Shown here: positions 61,601 to 64,000 of the stretch, one piece after another
Position numbering within the stretch: position 1 is the stretch's first letter
How the letters are laid out: the number at the start of each line of letters is the position of its first letter
Assembly: GCA_036867785.1 (NCBI GenBank)
Contig: CP145412.1
Coordinates: 310,001 to 374,000 of the forward strand
Length of the DNA: 64,000 bases
DNA from: Plasmodiophora brassicae
Lineage: Eukaryota
Reading direction: 5' to 3'
Position numbers and translations under genes: made by a program
Notes under the pieces: generated by a model
Database searches by the model: none
What the model was told of the DNA's origin: nothing
Seen by the model: the letters and a program-made list of their open reading frames with translations, nothing else

Positions 61601-63356
61601 ATTGGGCGACGAATTCCTCCATGAAAGCACTGTCCTCCATACTGTACTTTCTGGCTCGGCACCTGTAAGGTTCCGCATCCGGTTTCAGCTCCGTGACAAA
61701 TGGTGTAACCCTGGCTGGACCATCAGGTCCAATGCTCATACGCCAAACGTCCCTATATCTTCTGACGAGTTTCCGAAGCGATTTCCCCATCGCTTGCGGT
61801 AGGCCATTCCTCAATGCGCGCTCGACCATCCCGTCCATCTCCCTTTCCAGGGAGTCTGTGGAATCGGTTCCGATCCTCACATCCTCTGTTTCCTCTTCCT
61901 CCCCTTCCCAGAGAGGTGGCATCTCGTTTGCCATATTGTGCACTTCATCCATGACGTCATTCCCCTTCTTCGGCGTGCTCTTAATGAGTACGTCCAGGGC
62001 CTTCTTTGGGTGGATACCCAAGTCGTCCAACAGCCTCTCCCCTGGGATTATTTCCTTTTCAGGAATGTCCCATACAAGGCATCGGCGCCGGCGAGTGATC
62101 AGTTCGCCTGCCGTCGTCGTCAGTCCCAGATCCAGTATCATCACATGGTAGGCTGTGTGCTTCGTTTCTCGGTCTACCAGACAGAACGTTTCCGGCTTCT
62201 GGAGGTTCTCCATTGTTAACAATGGGTCCCGCTCCATTAGCTCGCGCGCTATGGTCAATGGCATCAGAACGTCAACCGATGTCGCTCCACTGTCCAGAAC
62301 CCCAACGTAGTCTTCCTCATGTCCGTTTACACGAACGACTACTTGGTCCCCTGTCCTCTGCGCCCCCTCCGACACTCTTCCTACCACTGGAAGCCATGGG
62401 TACTCTGACAAGTCGTCATCTTTATCAGATTTGGCCTTACGGGGTCCATCCCTTCCCGTTGGCCCCTTGCGGCGATCCTTCAGCAGGTCTGCGACCTGCT
62501 TCTTGGTAGGCTTCTTCGGGCAACGAAACGCTGGATGTCCAACCTCGTCACAGTTGAAACATCGCAGGTCCTTCCGGTGTCGTTTCGTGTCCCGGCCTCC
62601 ATCGCCTCCTTCATCCGTCTGCGCCCCTCGCTTCTTCGGGGTGGGTTTGACCTTTCCCTTCCCCTTGCCATCCTCACGTCCCGGCTCCATGTACAACATC
62701 GTCTCCTCATACGATGCAGCCCGTTCCTTCAGCACCCGATAGAATTCCAAAGGGTCCTTCTGGAGATCGGTCTGGCGCTTCATGACGAGGGTCCGCATGA
62801 GCGCTTGTAAACCGGATGGGCGCACAGCACCCAGTAGGTACTTGACCAGGTTCTTCCGTCCCTCGCGGGACGTGAAGAGGTCCTGCCACCCGTTGCGCGC
62901 GACCAATTCCTCGTACTGCTGCACGAGGTTCACGACCCTTGCCGCTGGTGTGGTGATGGTCAGCTTCATCGCCAGCTTCCGCATCTCCCGGTCGATGTTC
63001 GCGTCCGTCGAGCGATCCTGCTCGAGATGCCTCTTCATCCAGTCCATCAGGTCGCTCTCCGTCACCCCCTCGGCGTCCTTGCCGAGTTCCCACTTGCAGA
63101 TCGCCCTGAGCAGACCGGGGTCGATCATACTCCTCACTGACCGCGGGATCTGGCCCTTGGCGTTCGGATCGTCCCGGAAGTGATTCCGATACGTCTTCAG
63201 CTCGGCCATGAACGTCGTGACGGCCTTGCGGTCCATGCTTTTCAAGGTCGGCGCCTTGTTCATCTGCAGGACGATCGTTGAGCCTTGCACGCTCTGTCCT
63301 TGTTGTCGATCATCGACGTCATCTTCCAGCAGCATCTCCTGCGCGGTGGCCACCAT
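58689..63356 (-). CDS. Single-ORF Gag-Pol polyprotein (zinc knuckle, protease, RT, RNase H, integrase, chromodomain)
   Basis: CFNCDEVGHPAFRC; LDSGA; RFCVDLRAVN..WIDD; FSDA..TDHRNL; H..GH..C..C, HLDW..SDMA..NGSIE; LIGWKGFSEAEDSWEP; no internal stops. Confidence 0.95.
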   Translation of the reverse strand: MVATAQEMLLEDDVDDRQQGQSVQGSTIVLQMNKAPTLKSMDRKAVTTFMAELKTYRNHFRDDPNAKGQIPRSVRSMIDPGLLRAICKWELGKDAEGVTESDLMDWMKRHLEQDRSTDANIDREMRKLAMKLTITTPAARVVNLVQQYEELVARNGWQDLFTSREGRKNLVKYLLGAVRPSGLQALMRTLVMKRQTDLQKDPLEFYRVLKERAASYEETMLYMEPGREDGKGKGKVKPTPKKRGAQTDEGGDGGRDTKRHRKDLRCFNCDEVGHPAFRCPKKPTKKQVADLLKDRRKGPTGRDGPRKAKSDKDDDLSEYPWLPVVGRVSEGAQRTGDQVVVRVNGHEEDYVGVLDSGATSVDVLMPLTIARELMERDPLLTMENLQKPETFCLVDRETKHTAYHVMILDLGLTTTAGELITRRRRCLVWDIPEKEIIPGERLLDDLGIHPKKALDVLIKSTPKKGNDVMDEVHNMANEMPPLWEGEEEETEDVRIGTDSTDSLEREMDGMVERALRNGLPQAMGKSLRKLVRRYRDVWRMSIGPDGPARVTPFVTELKPDAEPYRCRARKYSMEDSAFMEEFVAQLKKYGLVVENYNAKWASPVVVVTKPGGGKRFCVDLRAVNAKCVAVAWPMPHQEAILRNLAGSRFWFKLDAFKGFWMMPLDEACQEIFSFMTDKGVYNPTRSMQGGMNSAPQYQGRMFEVFGELMFHKLIIWIDDLMGHAQREDDWFRTLERTLMLAERHSIKFNVEKCELFTTEVRFCGRIFTPEGVRHDPARIEALMAIPQPRTARDLQQFLMATQWMSRSIPEYNRKVHLLQRIYEDAMKDQPGRTKAIARRVRLCKYGWSPEHALAFEKLKMAVADTVQLAYPRKDRIQCLFSDANEVNSAAVVTQIPPEDLGKPVHGQRHEPLGFVGHKFAGPERNWSTVEKEGFAIKDGIDKLDYLVTTNEQFRLFTDHRNLVRIFSPTDVSKPTAQKLQRWALDIQRVNYVIKHIAGEDNVWSDLMTRWGAPDGGPDDQHLEVRTIRRITLQIEDGYRVRPLQRKEFQWPTVDEIRKAQRKWLRGTKRPKNGDDLFVTGKGQVIIPDECNELKLQLCAIAHAGGNSGHLGLKASLRKLGEFCHWAHCDEDMRTFCNACLNCLPTRGGVRIPRPLGTAVHGVRPNQVIHLDWLYMMAAQKGGRHDLQWNLIIRDDLSGMVKITPDHTPNAETTVEALLEWRAIFGTFELMVSDMASCFLANVVKELARRCGFAHHPTVAYGHYSNGSIEVINRNYLQLVRALLSELQWDKYDWPWLNHNIEHTINHRSQARTNGNAPVTVMMGRQPDNPLKQVFKRPGDEKYGEATLSKEHIQELVMQLQTSLNEMHKGAVQQSKKIRAVHRKRSDAYRRATAPNFQIGDYVLIGLPEPGKVPGKKLFMKWRGLYQITDSHENYTYEVRNMFNETDTRTVHGDRVRLYEHGKVNATEELKRQMDYDNERFAIEVFKDCRHSPETGELELLIGWKGFSEAEDSWEPICRLAMDVPKLVKAHAARMRKEKHHLADEVKELLKAEGVQ

Positions 63357-63403
63357 CGCGTCCTTCTTTGAAACCTTCCCCGAAAGGATGTTCAAGAGAT
63401 CTC

Positions 63404-63579
63404 TGTGACGTCCCAACGGTGATGGTATATCAGCCGTGTAGTATAATCGTCTGTGTCCCCGACCTGCAGCTCCCACGGACGCCGTGCGGACTCCGTGCGC
63501 ACTCCGTGCATGTCCGTCATTCTTAGGGCGGCCTAGCCGGATCACAGCTATTCTTGTCTTATAGCTTGGAGCCGGCACA
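63404..63579 (-). repeat. 5' LTR (176 bp)
   Basis: Identical to 58315-58490. Confidence 0.97.
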
Positions 63580-64000
63580 GAACCGACAACGTGGCACACT
63601 TGTAACCAAGACGAAGGAGCTTAACCGGGAAGAATACGTCCGTCTCCTTGTAGAAGAGGTCATTCCGGCTGTGAAGGAGAAGTGGCCGGCGGGAACGAAG
63701 TCACAGGCCATCTTCATCCAGCAAGACAATGCACGGCCTCATGCAAAGGTCGACGACGCTGCGGTTTATGCAGCTGGTCACTCGGACGGGTTCAACATCA
63801 ACTTGATGTGTCAACCCCCGAATAGCCCAGACTTTAACGTCTTAGACTTGGGTATCTTTGCTGCCTTGCAGGCCGAGCAGCTGCGGCAAGCCCCCAGAAC
63901 CATCGACGACCTGATCCATGTTGTCGTGGAAACGTACAACAACTACAATCCGGGCAAGATCAACGAGTGCTTTCTCTCTTGGCAGATGTCACTTCGTGAA

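Larger units (their letters stand above)
58315..63579 (-). mobile_element. Full-length Ty3/Gypsy chromodomain LTR retrotransposon
   Basis: Identical 176-bp TG..CA LTRs, GAAC target-site duplication (58311-58314, 63580-63583), polypurine tract 58491-58502. Confidence 0.97.
57349..64000 (+). mobile_element. Tc1/mariner DD39D DNA transposon, pseudogenised and interrupted by an LTR retrotransposon; runs off window
   Basis: TA + CTCCCTCTGTCC terminus; transposase from 57590 with stops and a frameshift, IHIDEKWF, KVMFL; resumes at 63584 with IQQDNARPH..QPPNSPDFNVLD (39 residues between the last two Asp). Confidence 0.92.

Noticed and set aside
63357-63599. N-terminal extension of the 1636-aa ORF through the LTR
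   Set aside because: Starts at a non-ATG codon outside the element; first in-frame ATG is at 63356
1-64000. tRNA, rRNA or snRNA genes; RxLR-type translocation motif in the effectors
   Set aside because: None recognised by eye; a covariance-model search (tRNAscan-SE, Infernal/Rfam) would be needed to exclude small RNA genes

Overview
Eukaryotic, GC-rich, gene-dense DNA with short (~55-70 nt) GT-AG introns. The gene content and the secreted ankyrin family are most consistent with a plasmodiophorid protist such as Plasmodiophora brassicae (inference, not verified). Housekeeping blocks include RTF2, an XRN-like nuclease, NOC4, a PAP2 phosphatase, GT64, ERCC8, a P3A H+-ATPase, a TTLL, a Swt1-like PIN protein, DGAT2, reticulon, WRAP53, ALKBH1, RPL10 and a FANCI-like gene. 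These alternate with unstable accessory tracts at ~9.5-13.2, 18.7-25.3 and 30.7-35.8 kb. The tracts hold four intact-looking genes and several broken copies of a signal peptide + SKP1/BTB-like + ankyrin-repeat candidate effector family, a secreted acidic-domain/zinc-finger protein, and TE debris. Five long fold-back inverted repeats occur in the first 22 kb. A recurrent palindromic motif (ACGGA[C/G]TCCGT) lies ~25-55 bp upstream of several start codons and is tandemly arrayed in the LTR of an intact chromodomain Ty3/Gypsy element. That element has identical 176-bp LTRs and a GAAC target-site duplication and is nested in a DD39D mariner transposon at the right end. Exon boundaries and gene identities were read by eye; no database searches were run.
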